From Firmicutes bacterium UBA3936 (GTDB lineage Bacteria; Bacillota; Dethiobacteria; Dethiobacterales; Dethiobacteraceae): a DNA stretch of 64,000 nt. Each line of letters begins with the position of its first letter. Positions within the stretch are counted from its first letter, which is position 1. Made by a program: the position numbers and the translations under genes. Below, in pieces: positions 46,217-54,841 of this stretch. Below the pieces are notes generated by a model that was given only the letters and a program-made list of their open reading frames with translations, was not told the DNA's origin and ran no database searches. The stretch is taken from positions 14,172 to 78,171 of the forward strand of contig DGEC01000041.1 in NCBI GenBank assembly GCA_002385745.1. Reading direction: 5' to 3'.

Positions 46217-47192
46217 AGCCTATCTTCGGTACCGCAGGGCAGTTTTTGCCATTTATCTGGCGGCAGTTTTTTTCTTTGTACTGATTCATTATTTATCCGG
46301 ACTGCCCATGGATTCCGTTCTCTACGGCACCGCTATTGTGACATTTTTACTGCTAACCTGGGTTGTATTTGATGCTGTGCGTTTTTATGGCATCATCAGG
46401 CATCTTAACCGCCTGGGCGAAAACAAAAACCCGCTACCTGTCTCTGGAATGCCTCCTGCAAACAACCTGCTCGAACAAAAGTACCAAAAGATTATTGCAG
46501 ACTTATCTCAGCTCCTGGAGAAAACCAAGGCCGGTATAGAAGAAGCACAGGCAGAGCAGACCGAGTACTATACCATGTGGGTGCATCAGATTAAAACACC
46601 GATTTCGGTTATGCGCCTGGCACTGCAGAGCGGTGGTGATGTCAATGCCGTCCTGGAGCAGGAACTGTTTAAAATTGAACGGTATGCGGAAATGGTGCTG
46701 CATTACGTTAAAATCGGCAATCTGGCAAGTGATTTGGTAATAAAAGATTACCCTTTGGAAGAAATAGTGCGTCAGAGTATAAAAAAATACGCGACGCTTT
46801 TTATTTACAAAAAAATTGCAGTTTGGGTCGAGCCAATGGATGTGAGCGTGTTAACAGACAGCAAATGGCTTTCCTTTATCTGCGAGCAAATCTTGTCCAA
46901 TGCAATTAAGTATACGCCGCCGGGCGGCAAAATAACGGTCTTTGCAGAAAAAAACACACTGGTCATTGAAGATACGGGTATCGGGATTCGCCCCGAAGAT
47001 TTAAGCAGAGTTTTTGAAAAAGGCTACACGGGATACAACGGAAGGCTGGACAAAAGGGCCAGCGGGATAGGCCTGTATCTGGCGAAAAAAGTGGCGGATG
47101 CCCTGGCGATTAAAATTCAACTTGCCTCAAAAGTAGGCACCGGCACAAAAGTCACTCTCCGTTTCCCAAAGCAAAAGGATCTTTGGGAATAA
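46176..47192 (+). CDS. intramembrane-sensing histidine kinase (BceS-like)
   Basis: Two N-terminal TM segments with almost no loop between them. H-box WVHQIKTPISVM. N, G1 and G2 boxes (NAIKYT, DTGIGI, GIGLYL). The start is ambiguous (TTG 46176 or TTG 46203). Confidence 0.85.
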   Translation: MLPRRVWGTLFTIKAYLRYRRAVFAIYLAAVFFFVLIHYLSGLPMDSVLYGTAIVTFLLLTWVVFDAVRFYGIIRHLNRLGENKNPLPVSGMPPANNLLEQKYQKIIADLSQLLEKTKAGIEEAQAEQTEYYTMWVHQIKTPISVMRLALQSGGDVNAVLEQELFKIERYAEMVLHYVKIGNLASDLVIKDYPLEEIVRQSIKKYATLFIYKKIAVWVEPMDVSVLTDSKWLSFICEQILSNAIKYTPPGGKITVFAEKNTLVIEDTGIGIRPEDLSRVFEKGYTGYNGRLDKRASGIGLYLAKKVADALAIKIQLASKVGTGTKVTLRFPKQKDLWE

Positions 47193-47200
47193 GGCAAAAG

Positions 47201-47215
47201 TGACAAAAATGTAAG
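47201..47215 (+). promoter_or_regulatory. BceR-type operator candidate
   Basis: TGACAAAAATGTAAG (TGACA-N4-TGTAA) upstream of the bceA-like gene. The half-site AAATGTAAG repeats at 47227-47235. Confidence 0.45.
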
Positions 47216-47220
47216 TTTAA

Positions 47221-47263
47221 AACGGGAAATGTAAGGCTGTTCGCTGGTTGGACATTTCCCGTT
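47221..47263 (+). terminator. 12-bp inverted repeat between kinase and transporter genes (terminator/attenuator candidate)
   Basis: AACGGGAAATGT-19 nt-ACATTTCCCGTT followed by TTCTT. TATAAT at 47268-47273 follows directly. Confidence 0.45.
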
Positions 47264-47306
47264 TTCTTATAATAAGTGTAGCAAAGTGTGAAGAGAGGTA
47301 GTAAGA

Positions 47307-48074
47307 ATGGAACTGCTGCAGGTCAAAAATGTCAAGAAAGTTTACAGGTCACGGTTGGGAGGGCAGCAATTTACCGCTCTGAAAAAAGTCAACCTTGAAG
47401 TATCGGCCGGGGAGTTTACGGCCATTATGGGGCCGTCCGGCTCAGGGAAAACAACCCTGCTTAATATCATTGCCACACTGGACAAACCGACTGCCGGTGA
47501 CGTGCTGCTGGAAGGACAAAGCGTCAAAACCATCAAAGACCGTGAACTGTCGGCTTTTCGCCGCAAAAACCTGGGATTCGTCTTCCAAGACTTTAATTTG
47601 CTTGATACCTTTTCAGTTAAGGATAATATCCTTTTGCCCCTGGTGCTCTCGGACATGGAGATTAGGGAAATGGAAGCGCGCCTGTACCCTCTGGCCGAAA
47701 GCCTGGAACTTACACACATTCTGAATAAATTCCCCTATGAAATTTCCGGAGGGGAAAAGCAGCGGACAGCAGTGGCAAGGGCGGTCATTACCCGCCCGAA
47801 ACTGGTTTTGGCCGATGAACCGACTGGTTCACTGGATTCCAAATCAGCGGCCAAACTGCTTGATATTTTTGCCGAGCTGCACAAAAACGGCCAGACTATC
47901 TTAATGGTTACTCACAGTTCTCTTGCAGCCAGCCGGGCATCCCGTGTTGTTTTTATCAGGGACGGACAGTTGTTTTCCCAGATCTGCCGGGGTGAAGAGA
48001 GCAGCAGTGAATTCTTCGAAAGAATTGTTTCCAACTTGACTGTGTTGTCCGACGGAGGTGTGGACATTGGGTAG
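47307..48074 (+). CDS. ABC transporter ATP-binding protein (BceA/MacB-type)
   Basis: Walker A GPSGSGKTT, signature SGGEKQR, Walker B LVLADEPT. Confidence 0.9.
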   Translation: MELLQVKNVKKVYRSRLGGQQFTALKKVNLEVSAGEFTAIMGPSGSGKTTLLNIIATLDKPTAGDVLLEGQSVKTIKDRELSAFRRKNLGFVFQDFNLLDTFSVKDNILLPLVLSDMEIREMEARLYPLAESLELTHILNKFPYEISGGEKQRTAVARAVITRPKLVLADEPTGSLDSKSAAKLLDIFAELHKNGQTILMVTHSSLAASRASRVVFIRDGQLFSQICRGEESSSEFFERIVSNLTVLSDGGVDIG

Positions 48075-50061
48075 GAGCTTTTTTTTCAGGCTCGCCATAA
48101 GTAATATCCGGCGCAACAAGCGGCTTGTCATTCCTTTTTTTATTGCCTCTGTAATTATGGCAAGCATATATTTTATGGTTGTTGCCCTTATGTATACAGA
48201 CGGCATTGCCAATATTCCGGCCGGTAAAAGCGTCAGTGATGTATTTAATCTCGGCTGCATCATCATGAGTTTAATAGTAGCAATCTTTATGTTTTACATC
48301 AACAGCTTTTTAATTAAGAACCGCAAAAAGGAATTCGGCCTTTACGGCGTGCTGGGTCTGGGAAAACACCATGTGGGCCGTGTAATTTTCTGGGAAAACT
48401 TCCTGGTTATCACTGGGGCACTGCTGCTTGGCATGCTTGCCGGTACGGTTTTCGGCCGGCTGATTTTTCTGCTGCTGCTGTTTGCGTTAAAAACAGCAGC
48501 AGCAGGCAGCATCTTCAAACTGCCTGCAGAAGCATTTTCCTACACAAGCCTGCTTTTCGGCATTATTTTCGTGCTCATCACTTTATATAACCAGTTCCAG
48601 GTGCGCCTTGTCAATCCTGTTGACTTGTTAAAGGCAGAGCAAATGGGTGAGGACAAAGTGCGCTTTGCCGTACCTGCAACCCTTCTGGGACTTTTTCTGC
48701 TGGGCCTTGCCTACTGGAAAGCGCTGACCGTGGACAGTTCCATTGCTGCGCTAAAAGAATTTTTTCTCGCCGTTATTATAGTCATCCCGGCCACAGCCAT
48801 TCTCTTTACAACAGGCAGCAACCTGCTGCTTAGAATCCTGAAAAAAAACAAGCGGTTCTATTACCGCTCAAGCAACTTTATAGCCGTCTCCGGCCTTATT
48901 TACCGTATGAAGCAAAATGCTCTCGGTCTGGCCTCCATCTGCATCTTGTCCTCCATGGTGCTGGTGACTGTTTCGGGAACAACGGCCCTGTTTTTCGGCC
49001 AGGAAGATATCTTAAGCAAACGCTTCCCGGACGATATAAAAATTACTGCAGACACAAAAATAACGCCGGAGCAGTCGCACAAGCTTGAGCTGCTTATAGA
49101 TACCCTTGCCCGTGAACACGGCATAACCGTAGAAGACCGGTATACCTATAATTATATTCCGTATTCTCAGGATACTTTAATTTTAAAAGAAGGCAAGTTT
49201 TCCGGCGTAGACTTTAAGAGCTGGGAGGAATATGAAGAAAAGTACCGGCATCTTGAGAAATATATGTATGGAGTTTCCTATATTACGCTCGCTGAATTTA
49301 ACAGGGTAACCGGCCGGGCGGAAAGTCTTTCTGCAGGGGAGATTTTCCTGGTTACCAACGAACAGCTCAAACAGGTCCCGGAAAATGTCAAGGCGGTAAT
49401 TGCCGGTACAAAATTTACGACAGGCAAAAACGGCACCCCCTACCGCACAATCTTGATCGTTGCTGCCGATGAAACTGCACTTAAAAAGCTCTATACAGAA
49501 TTCAACCCCACTACCCGGGATATACCCTCTGCCGGCATGATGATCTTAAATGTCAGAGGCAACGACGAGAAGATTTTAGTATTTGCCCGTACTTTATTAA
49601 ACCGGGCGCGGGAATTTGACTTTGTAATATCGGCAGGCAGCATCTATACCGACAGAATTGAGGGCTACGGCATTTTCGGCGGCCTGTTGTTCCTTGGTGC
49701 TTTTTTTACAATTATATTTTTAACTGTCACCGTTCTGATAATTTATTTCAAACAAATCTCGGAAGGGCTTGACGACGCGGGCCGGTTTTCCATCCTGCAA
49801 AAAGTGGGAATGGATGATCTGGCGGTAAAGCGGACCATCAACAAACAGATTATGATTGTCTTTTTCCTCCCTTTATTCGGTGCGCTTGTGCACATCCTTT
49901 TTGCCGGCAAAATGATTGTCAAAATGCTGGAAGCCTTCTCTTTTTACAATCTACCGCTGACAGTTCTTTGTATCGCGCTCACCGTTTGTTTCTTTGCCGT
50001 AATCTATGTTTTTGTCTACCGGGCAACGGCAAAAGTGTACTATAACCTGGTCAAGTGGTAG
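48067..50061 (+). CDS. FtsX-family ABC permease with large extracellular domain (BceB-type)
   Basis: Track ORF 48058-50061. TTG 48067, 8 nt after GGAGG, is the likelier start. About 10 TM with a roughly 200-aa loop between TM7 and TM8. Confidence 0.85.
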   Translation: MGRSFFFRLAISNIRRNKRLVIPFFIASVIMASIYFMVVALMYTDGIANIPAGKSVSDVFNLGCIIMSLIVAIFMFYINSFLIKNRKKEFGLYGVLGLGKHHVGRVIFWENFLVITGALLLGMLAGTVFGRLIFLLLLFALKTAAAGSIFKLPAEAFSYTSLLFGIIFVLITLYNQFQVRLVNPVDLLKAEQMGEDKVRFAVPATLLGLFLLGLAYWKALTVDSSIAALKEFFLAVIIVIPATAILFTTGSNLLLRILKKNKRFYYRSSNFIAVSGLIYRMKQNALGLASICILSSMVLVTVSGTTALFFGQEDILSKRFPDDIKITADTKITPEQSHKLELLIDTLAREHGITVEDRYTYNYIPYSQDTLILKEGKFSGVDFKSWEEYEEKYRHLEKYMYGVSYITLAEFNRVTGRAESLSAGEIFLVTNEQLKQVPENVKAVIAGTKFTTGKNGTPYRTILIVAADETALKKLYTEFNPTTRDIPSAGMMILNVRGNDEKILVFARTLLNRAREFDFVISAGSIYTDRIEGYGIFGGLLFLGAFFTIIFLTVTVLIIYFKQISEGLDDAGRFSILQKVGMDDLAVKRTINKQIMIVFFLPLFGALVHILFAGKMIVKMLEAFSFYNLPLTVLCIALTVCFFAVIYVFVYRATAKVYYNLVKW

Positions 50062-50064
50062 ATA

Positions 50065-51147
50065 TCAGTCCAGCGGAATATAGGATGCCCTGAAACCGTT
50101 TCCCTCATAGTTATGGTCGCGTCCCCAGCTGCATGACCAGGCAAACACGCCCGCAAAGGCACCGCTTCCCCAGTAGCCTCCCCGGTACATGAAACACTCC
50201 GGACAGCCGTTGTTCAGATAGACATGCTGCTCTCTATAGTCATAAAACGGATCGTCGCCTATCAGGGCATATGCATACAGCAGTTCACGCGCCGCAGGGC
50301 TGATGGAATCGTCAACAATAATGTGTGACATGTCGCAGCGGCGTATCCGGTCGACCCGGCTGGTAATTTCGGTGGTAAATTTCCACCTGCCTCCCCAGCC
50401 CTCCCCGACATAATCCGCTTTGATTGAACCCTTTGTTGTTCCTTTGCCGTCCGGCACCAGAAAGGCGCCCGTGGCAGCATCAATAGCCCGCCAGGCCGTG
50501 GAACCGGCATCCTGCGAGTTGAGCAAATCTGCACCGTCGTTATCCGGAAGGACTTGCAGCTCTCCATAAACGGTCCGGAAGCCGCCGACCCATTCCGACA
50601 GGTTGCCGTTGAGATCCCAGATGCCGGCGACAGTATGGTCATGGCTCCAGGACAGCGGACCGGTACCGGTTAGGACCCTGCCTTTGCCTGTTTCCACATT
50701 GGAAACACGGATAGCCCGGTACATGTTTTCCCTTTTGTCCTTGCCGTAATCGTTGTTGCCATAAGGCAAATGGCCGTTTTTCTTGCACCAGAGGGCAATG
50801 GCGCCCCACTCCTGAATAGTCGTCAGATGCCAGCCGCGTCCTTTCGCCGTGCATTTGCTGCGGGACAGGTCAAAACCCACGCAATTGCGGGGGATTTCAG
50901 CCGGCAGCGAATAGCCTCTCCTGTCAATCTCCGTATTCTGGTACTTGGAGATATAAAAACCGTCCCGCTCAACACCGTTTACCACAAAGGCGGGATGCAC
51001 CCTGTCACTCCCCCCAGCTATCATTTCTTTCATTGTAAATTTTGGGATATAGACCATCACGGAGGGCTTGCCGGCATCGTCCGTAATAATCTCGTTGTTC
51101 GGGCAAACTGTCCTGAACAATATTTCACTAAGATCAAATTTGTTCAT
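50065..51147 (-). CDS. formylglycine-generating-enzyme (SUMF1/EgtB/PvdO) domain protein, no signal peptide
   Basis: Track ORF 50065-51291. The start is moved to ATG 51147 (MNKFDLSEI...), downstream of the preceding gene's stop. GWHLTTIQEWG, YRGGYWGSGA and GFRASY motifs. Confidence 0.65.
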   Translation of the reverse strand: MNKFDLSEILFRTVCPNNEIITDDAGKPSVMVYIPKFTMKEMIAGGSDRVHPAFVVNGVERDGFYISKYQNTEIDRRGYSLPAEIPRNCVGFDLSRSKCTAKGRGWHLTTIQEWGAIALWCKKNGHLPYGNNDYGKDKRENMYRAIRVSNVETGKGRVLTGTGPLSWSHDHTVAGIWDLNGNLSEWVGGFRTVYGELQVLPDNDGADLLNSQDAGSTAWRAIDAATGAFLVPDGKGTTKGSIKADYVGEGWGGRWKFTTEITSRVDRIRRCDMSHIIVDDSISPAARELLYAYALIGDDPFYDYREQHVYLNNGCPECFMYRGGYWGSGAFAGVFAWSCSWGRDHNYEGNGFRASYIPLD

Positions 51148-51178
51148 TGCTATACCGTCCTTTATAGCATTGATTGAT

Positions 51179-51574
51179 TTAACCGCCCGGGTTTTCCAGC
51201 GCAGCAAGTATTGCGGCCAGATCATCCTGATCAAGGGCAAAATGATCCAGTTTAATCTTTTCTTTGCTGCCGTCCTCCCTTTCATAGACAAGCAAAGTAT
51301 ACTGGGCTTCTTTCCGGTAAAACTGCAGCCCGTTTAAAGGGTATTCCCGCAGTGCAAAGGGACTGAACTGAATTTTCAGCGAGTCGGAAGTAAGAATAAC
51401 ATACGGCCGGTAAATAAAGACCAGTAAAACAGCCGAAGCCGCGGCCATGATGCCCCATGGCAGGGCCAATAGATAGCGTCCGCTTAACAGGTAGATGATG
51501 GCATTCAGCAGCGCAATCAGAAATAATGCCATCCCGGTAGCTTTGCTTGTTTTATTGCGATAAATAACTTGCAT
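51179..51574 (-). CDS. hypothetical two-TM membrane protein with a small cytoplasmic beta-rich (bPH-like?) C-domain
   Basis: 131 aa, GAGGGTG SD. TM segments ALFLIALLNAIIYLL and PWGIMAAASAVLLVFIY. I recognise no family. Confidence 0.5.
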   Translation of the reverse strand: MQVIYRNKTSKATGMALFLIALLNAIIYLLSGRYLLALPWGIMAAASAVLLVFIYRPYVILTSDSLKIQFSPFALREYPLNGLQFYRKEAQYTLLVYEREDGSKEKIKLDHFALDQDDLAAILAALENPGG

Positions 51575-51817
51575 AGATTACACCCTCACATACTCTGAAG
51601 TGATTATCTTCAAAACCTGTTCTTGATTCACTGATTTTTTTACATAATTCTCCATTTAGCACAGACTTCCTCTTAACAGGGCTAAAAAAAGCAGTTCTTT
51701 AAGCTTTTTTTATGTCCGCTTTTTGCAGGCACAATTGTGTTTTCCAGGATTAGCCATTCAGTTTTTGCCTGAAACATGATATATTTAGAACTGTATGAGC
51801 CATAGGGAGACATGCAT

Positions 51818-53182
51818 ATGAGAGCAAATACTATAATAAATGATTTAACAACAGGAAGTGTAAGCAAAACCTTAATTATTTTCGCCTTCCCCCTGATGCT
51901 GTCAAACCTGCTGCAGACGATTTACAATACGGTTGACATGATAATCGTAGGCCAATTTGTGGGGAAAACCGGTCTGTCTGCAGTTTCCATAGGCGGAAAC
52001 CTGCTTCACCTTTTTACTTTCATTGCCATGGGATTTGCCAACGCAGGTCAGGTATTGGTTTCCCAGTATCTGGGCGCGGGGAATAAAAAAGCGGTCAGCC
52101 GCACCGTAGGAACAATGTTTACCTTCGTTCTATCCTGCGCTATTGTTTTGTCTGTAATTTGCAGTATTTTTGCAGAGCAGCTTTTGTCTTTTATGAATAC
52201 TCCGGCAGAGGCATACAAATTCGGATTGGACTACACTATAACTTGTTATTTCGGCCTGTTTTTTATTTACGGCTATAATCTTGTCAGTGCTATTTTACGC
52301 GGCATGGGAGACTCAAGGCACCCCTTTATATTTATTGCCACGGCTGCGGTAACCAATCTTGTGCTTGACCTGCTTTTCATAGCGGTTTTTAAGTGGGAAG
52401 TTTTCGGCGCCGCCCTGGCTACGGTTATCAGCCAAGGGGTAAGTTTTGTCTGGGCCTTATTTTTTCTATACAAAAACAGGGAAGAATTCGGGTTTGATTT
52501 TAAGTATAAGAGTTTTAGAATTGATAAAGACATATTTGGCCGGCTTTTAAGATTGGGAGTGCCCATGTGCCTGCAGAGCGCGGCAATCGCCTTCTCAATG
52601 TTAATTGTTAATTCCTTTATCAATGCCTACGGTGTTGTGGCATCGGCCGTTACGGGAATAGGCAGCAAGCTTGCCAGTATAACCAGTATAATTACCCTGG
52701 CCTTTAGTACGTCGGGAGCGGCTATGACGGGGCAGTGCCTGGGAGCCGGAAAGTACGAAAGAATACCCAAAATTATCCGGACTGCTCTGGTTATTAACCT
52801 GCTTTTTGCCTCTGTTCTCATCCTTGCCACCGTACTTTTCCCCAGGGCAATCTTTGGGCTTTTTAATAAGGAGCCGGAAGTGCTCGAGATGGCCATGAGC
52901 TATATTCCCTGCGCAGTTATGCTATATTTAGGCAGCGCTCTCCGCTCCCCCTTTATGGCTCTTATAAACGGCAGCGGCCAGTCAAAACTTAACCTTGCCG
53001 TGGGAATCCTGGACGGTGTGATCAGCCGCATCGGTCTCGCTATACTGCTTGGGATTACATTCAATTGGGGAATCAAGGGCTTCTGGTATGGCAACGCCAT
53101 TGCGGGCTATGTGCCCTTCTTAATTGGCGGAGTTTTCTTTGCTTCAGGCAAATGGAAAAGGAAAAGGCTTATAATTAATTAA
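51818..53182 (+). CDS. MATE-family efflux transporter
   Basis: 12 TM. N-terminal LIIFAFPLMLSNLLQTIYNTVDMIIVGQFVG is typical of MATE. ATG 51818 has better SD spacing than 51812. Confidence 0.85.
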   Translation: MRANTIINDLTTGSVSKTLIIFAFPLMLSNLLQTIYNTVDMIIVGQFVGKTGLSAVSIGGNLLHLFTFIAMGFANAGQVLVSQYLGAGNKKAVSRTVGTMFTFVLSCAIVLSVICSIFAEQLLSFMNTPAEAYKFGLDYTITCYFGLFFIYGYNLVSAILRGMGDSRHPFIFIATAAVTNLVLDLLFIAVFKWEVFGAALATVISQGVSFVWALFFLYKNREEFGFDFKYKSFRIDKDIFGRLLRLGVPMCLQSAAIAFSMLIVNSFINAYGVVASAVTGIGSKLASITSIITLAFSTSGAAMTGQCLGAGKYERIPKIIRTALVINLLFASVLILATVLFPRAIFGLFNKEPEVLEMAMSYIPCAVMLYLGSALRSPFMALINGSGQSKLNLAVGILDGVISRIGLAILLGITFNWGIKGFWYGNAIAGYVPFLIGGVFFASGKWKRKRLIIN

Positions 53183-53215
53183 ACGGGCAGCCCCCAGGAA
53201 GGGCTGCCCGTTTTT
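53183..53215 (+). terminator. rho-independent terminator
   Basis: ACGGGCAGCCC-ccaggaa-GGGCTGCCCGT followed by TTTT. Confidence 0.85.
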
Positions 53216-53364
53216 GGGTAAAGCACTAAGCTTTACGCCACCTCTGACTGATCATACTGACCACTCCTCTCCGGGAGAAAATATAGACCTGCTCCCTTTC
53301 TTTATTATATGATTACTTTTCTCCGGGGAAAAGGTTAAGTTTTTTTCGGAAACATATTGCAGCA

Positions 53365-53643
53365 TCAGCGGCGGTTCTTGGCGTTTTCCCTGCGGATGAT
53401 TCTTTTAAAACTGTCGTAGCTTAAATGATACTTTTCCATCAGGGTTTCAATTGATGCTCCCCGGGTAAAATCCTGTACTATCTGCCTGTTTCTGAGATCA
53501 AGCTGTCGGCGTACGCTGTTCTTTTCACCCCAGCCTAAATATCTTTCCGGTTTTTTGGGGATATAAATTTCCGTACCCTGAACATAATCCTGCACTTTCT
53601 GCAGGAGATCCTTCGGCAGAACATCCTCTGCATTAATATACAT
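53365..53643 (-). CDS. CD3324/Mor-like small transcription-factor family protein
   Basis: Track ORF 53365-53787. The start is moved to ATG 53643. MYINAEDVLPKDLLQKVQDYVQGTEIYIPKK...WGEKNSVRRQLDLRNRQI...SYDSFKRIIRR matches this about 90-aa family. Confidence 0.65.
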   Translation of the reverse strand: MYINAEDVLPKDLLQKVQDYVQGTEIYIPKKPERYLGWGEKNSVRRQLDLRNRQIVQDFTRGASIETLMEKYHLSYDSFKRIIRRENAKNRR

Positions 53644-53713
53644 AAAAGCCAACGTCCTCCCTGGTTGATATGGGCGTTGGCCAAAGGAAACAACACTGCA
53701 GCAAACAGCCATA

Positions 53714-53809
53714 CTAAAAAAGGCTTGAAACAGACAACTCCGCTGCAGGCAGGCCAACGCCGGTAAACTTAAGATACAATACACCAAAAGTCACATTTAC
53801 TGCTGTCAT
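53714..53809 (-). CDS. candidate 31-aa ORF upstream of the CD3324-like gene
   Basis: ATG 53809 lies 8 nt after GGAGGTGGG. Product: MTAVNVTFGVLYLKFTGVGLPAAELSVSSLF. A promoter candidate lies directly upstream. Confidence 0.3.
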   Translation of the reverse strand: MTAVNVTFGVLYLKFTGVGLPAAELSVSSLF

Positions 53810-53848
53810 TTGGCCCACCTCCTTAGAATTTAGTAGTAACGCACTATT

Positions 53849-53878
53849 ATCATACTGCAAAGGTCATATTTTTTGCAA
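53849..53878 (-). promoter_or_regulatory. sigma-A-type promoter candidate
   Basis: The minus strand reads TTGCAA-18 nt-TATGAT. Confidence 0.4.
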
Positions 53879-54001
53879 GGGAAAATCAATTAGGAACAAA
53901 TTCTCAACCGCAGCCGGTGCTTCCCACATCCGGTGTCTGATACCGCGCTTTTTGCCCGGCCGGAAAACTGCCGATACACGGTAAAAGGGCAAAAAAAAAT
54001 A

Positions 54002-54715
54002 TTATAAAACTGATTTAACTTCATATTTATAGCCGTAGCCCCAGACTGTCGTTATATAGTTCTGGTATGGCTTTATTTTTTCTCTCAGGCTTTTTACATG
54101 GGTGTCCACCGTCCGGTCTGTGCCCTCAAACTGACGTCCCCAGACCAGATCCAAAAGCATGCTCCGGGAGAAGGCTTTGTTTGGATTCCGGCAGAAAAAC
54201 AAAAGCAGATTATATTCCCTGGGAGTAAGTTTAATACGCCTGTTGTTCACATAAACATCCTGGGAATACAAGTCTATTTTTATTTTTCCCGAGTAAAGGA
54301 ACTGATCGGCCCCACCGACTATCCCGCTAAGCTTAAGGAGATTTTTTATCCTGGCTACCAGCTCCCGCGGATAAAAAGGTTTTATGATATAATCGTTGCC
54401 TCCTGCTGCAAATGCCGCCAGGCGATCTTCCTCGGAACTCCTTTTACTGATGAAGATCACCGGGATGTTGGGAGTCTGGTTTAGGTTCTCGCAAACCATA
54501 AAACCGTCAATTATAGGAAGTTCAACTTCCAAAATGAGAAGGTGGTATCTTTTCCTCCTCAGCAGTTTAATTGCCTCTATCCCGTCCTTTGCTTCGTCCA
54601 GAGCCCATTTCTCATCTTCCGCGCAGCGTCTGATAATGGTCCGTACAGAAGGGTCCGCGTCCGCAACCAGAAGCCTTATACCGTTTAAGTCCACTGGCAA
54701 CCCTCCCAACAGCAT
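54002..54715 (-). CDS. orphan OmpR-family response regulator with Glu at the phospho-acceptor position
   Basis: Receiver plus winged helix (RTVDTHVKSLREKI). The acceptor block reads HLLILEVELPIIDG (E63, GAA 54527-54529) where DxxxLD is expected. No kinase gene is adjacent. Confidence 0.8.
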   Translation of the reverse strand: MLLGGLPVDLNGIRLLVADADPSVRTIIRRCAEDEKWALDEAKDGIEAIKLLRRKRYHLLILEVELPIIDGFMVCENLNQTPNIPVIFISKRSSEEDRLAAFAAGGNDYIIKPFYPRELVARIKNLLKLSGIVGGADQFLYSGKIKIDLYSQDVYVNNRRIKLTPREYNLLLFFCRNPNKAFSRSMLLDLVWGRQFEGTDRTVDTHVKSLREKIKPYQNYITTVWGYGYKYEVKSVL

Positions 54716-54841
54716 CGTGCCTTATTTTTATAACACTCGTTATAAATGCACCGGGATGTTTACAACCCTGCCGCCGCCGGAAGCCGTGCTGACGGCGGCA
54801 GGGTTAATTATGCAGACTACAGGCAAAATCCGGTTTATAAT

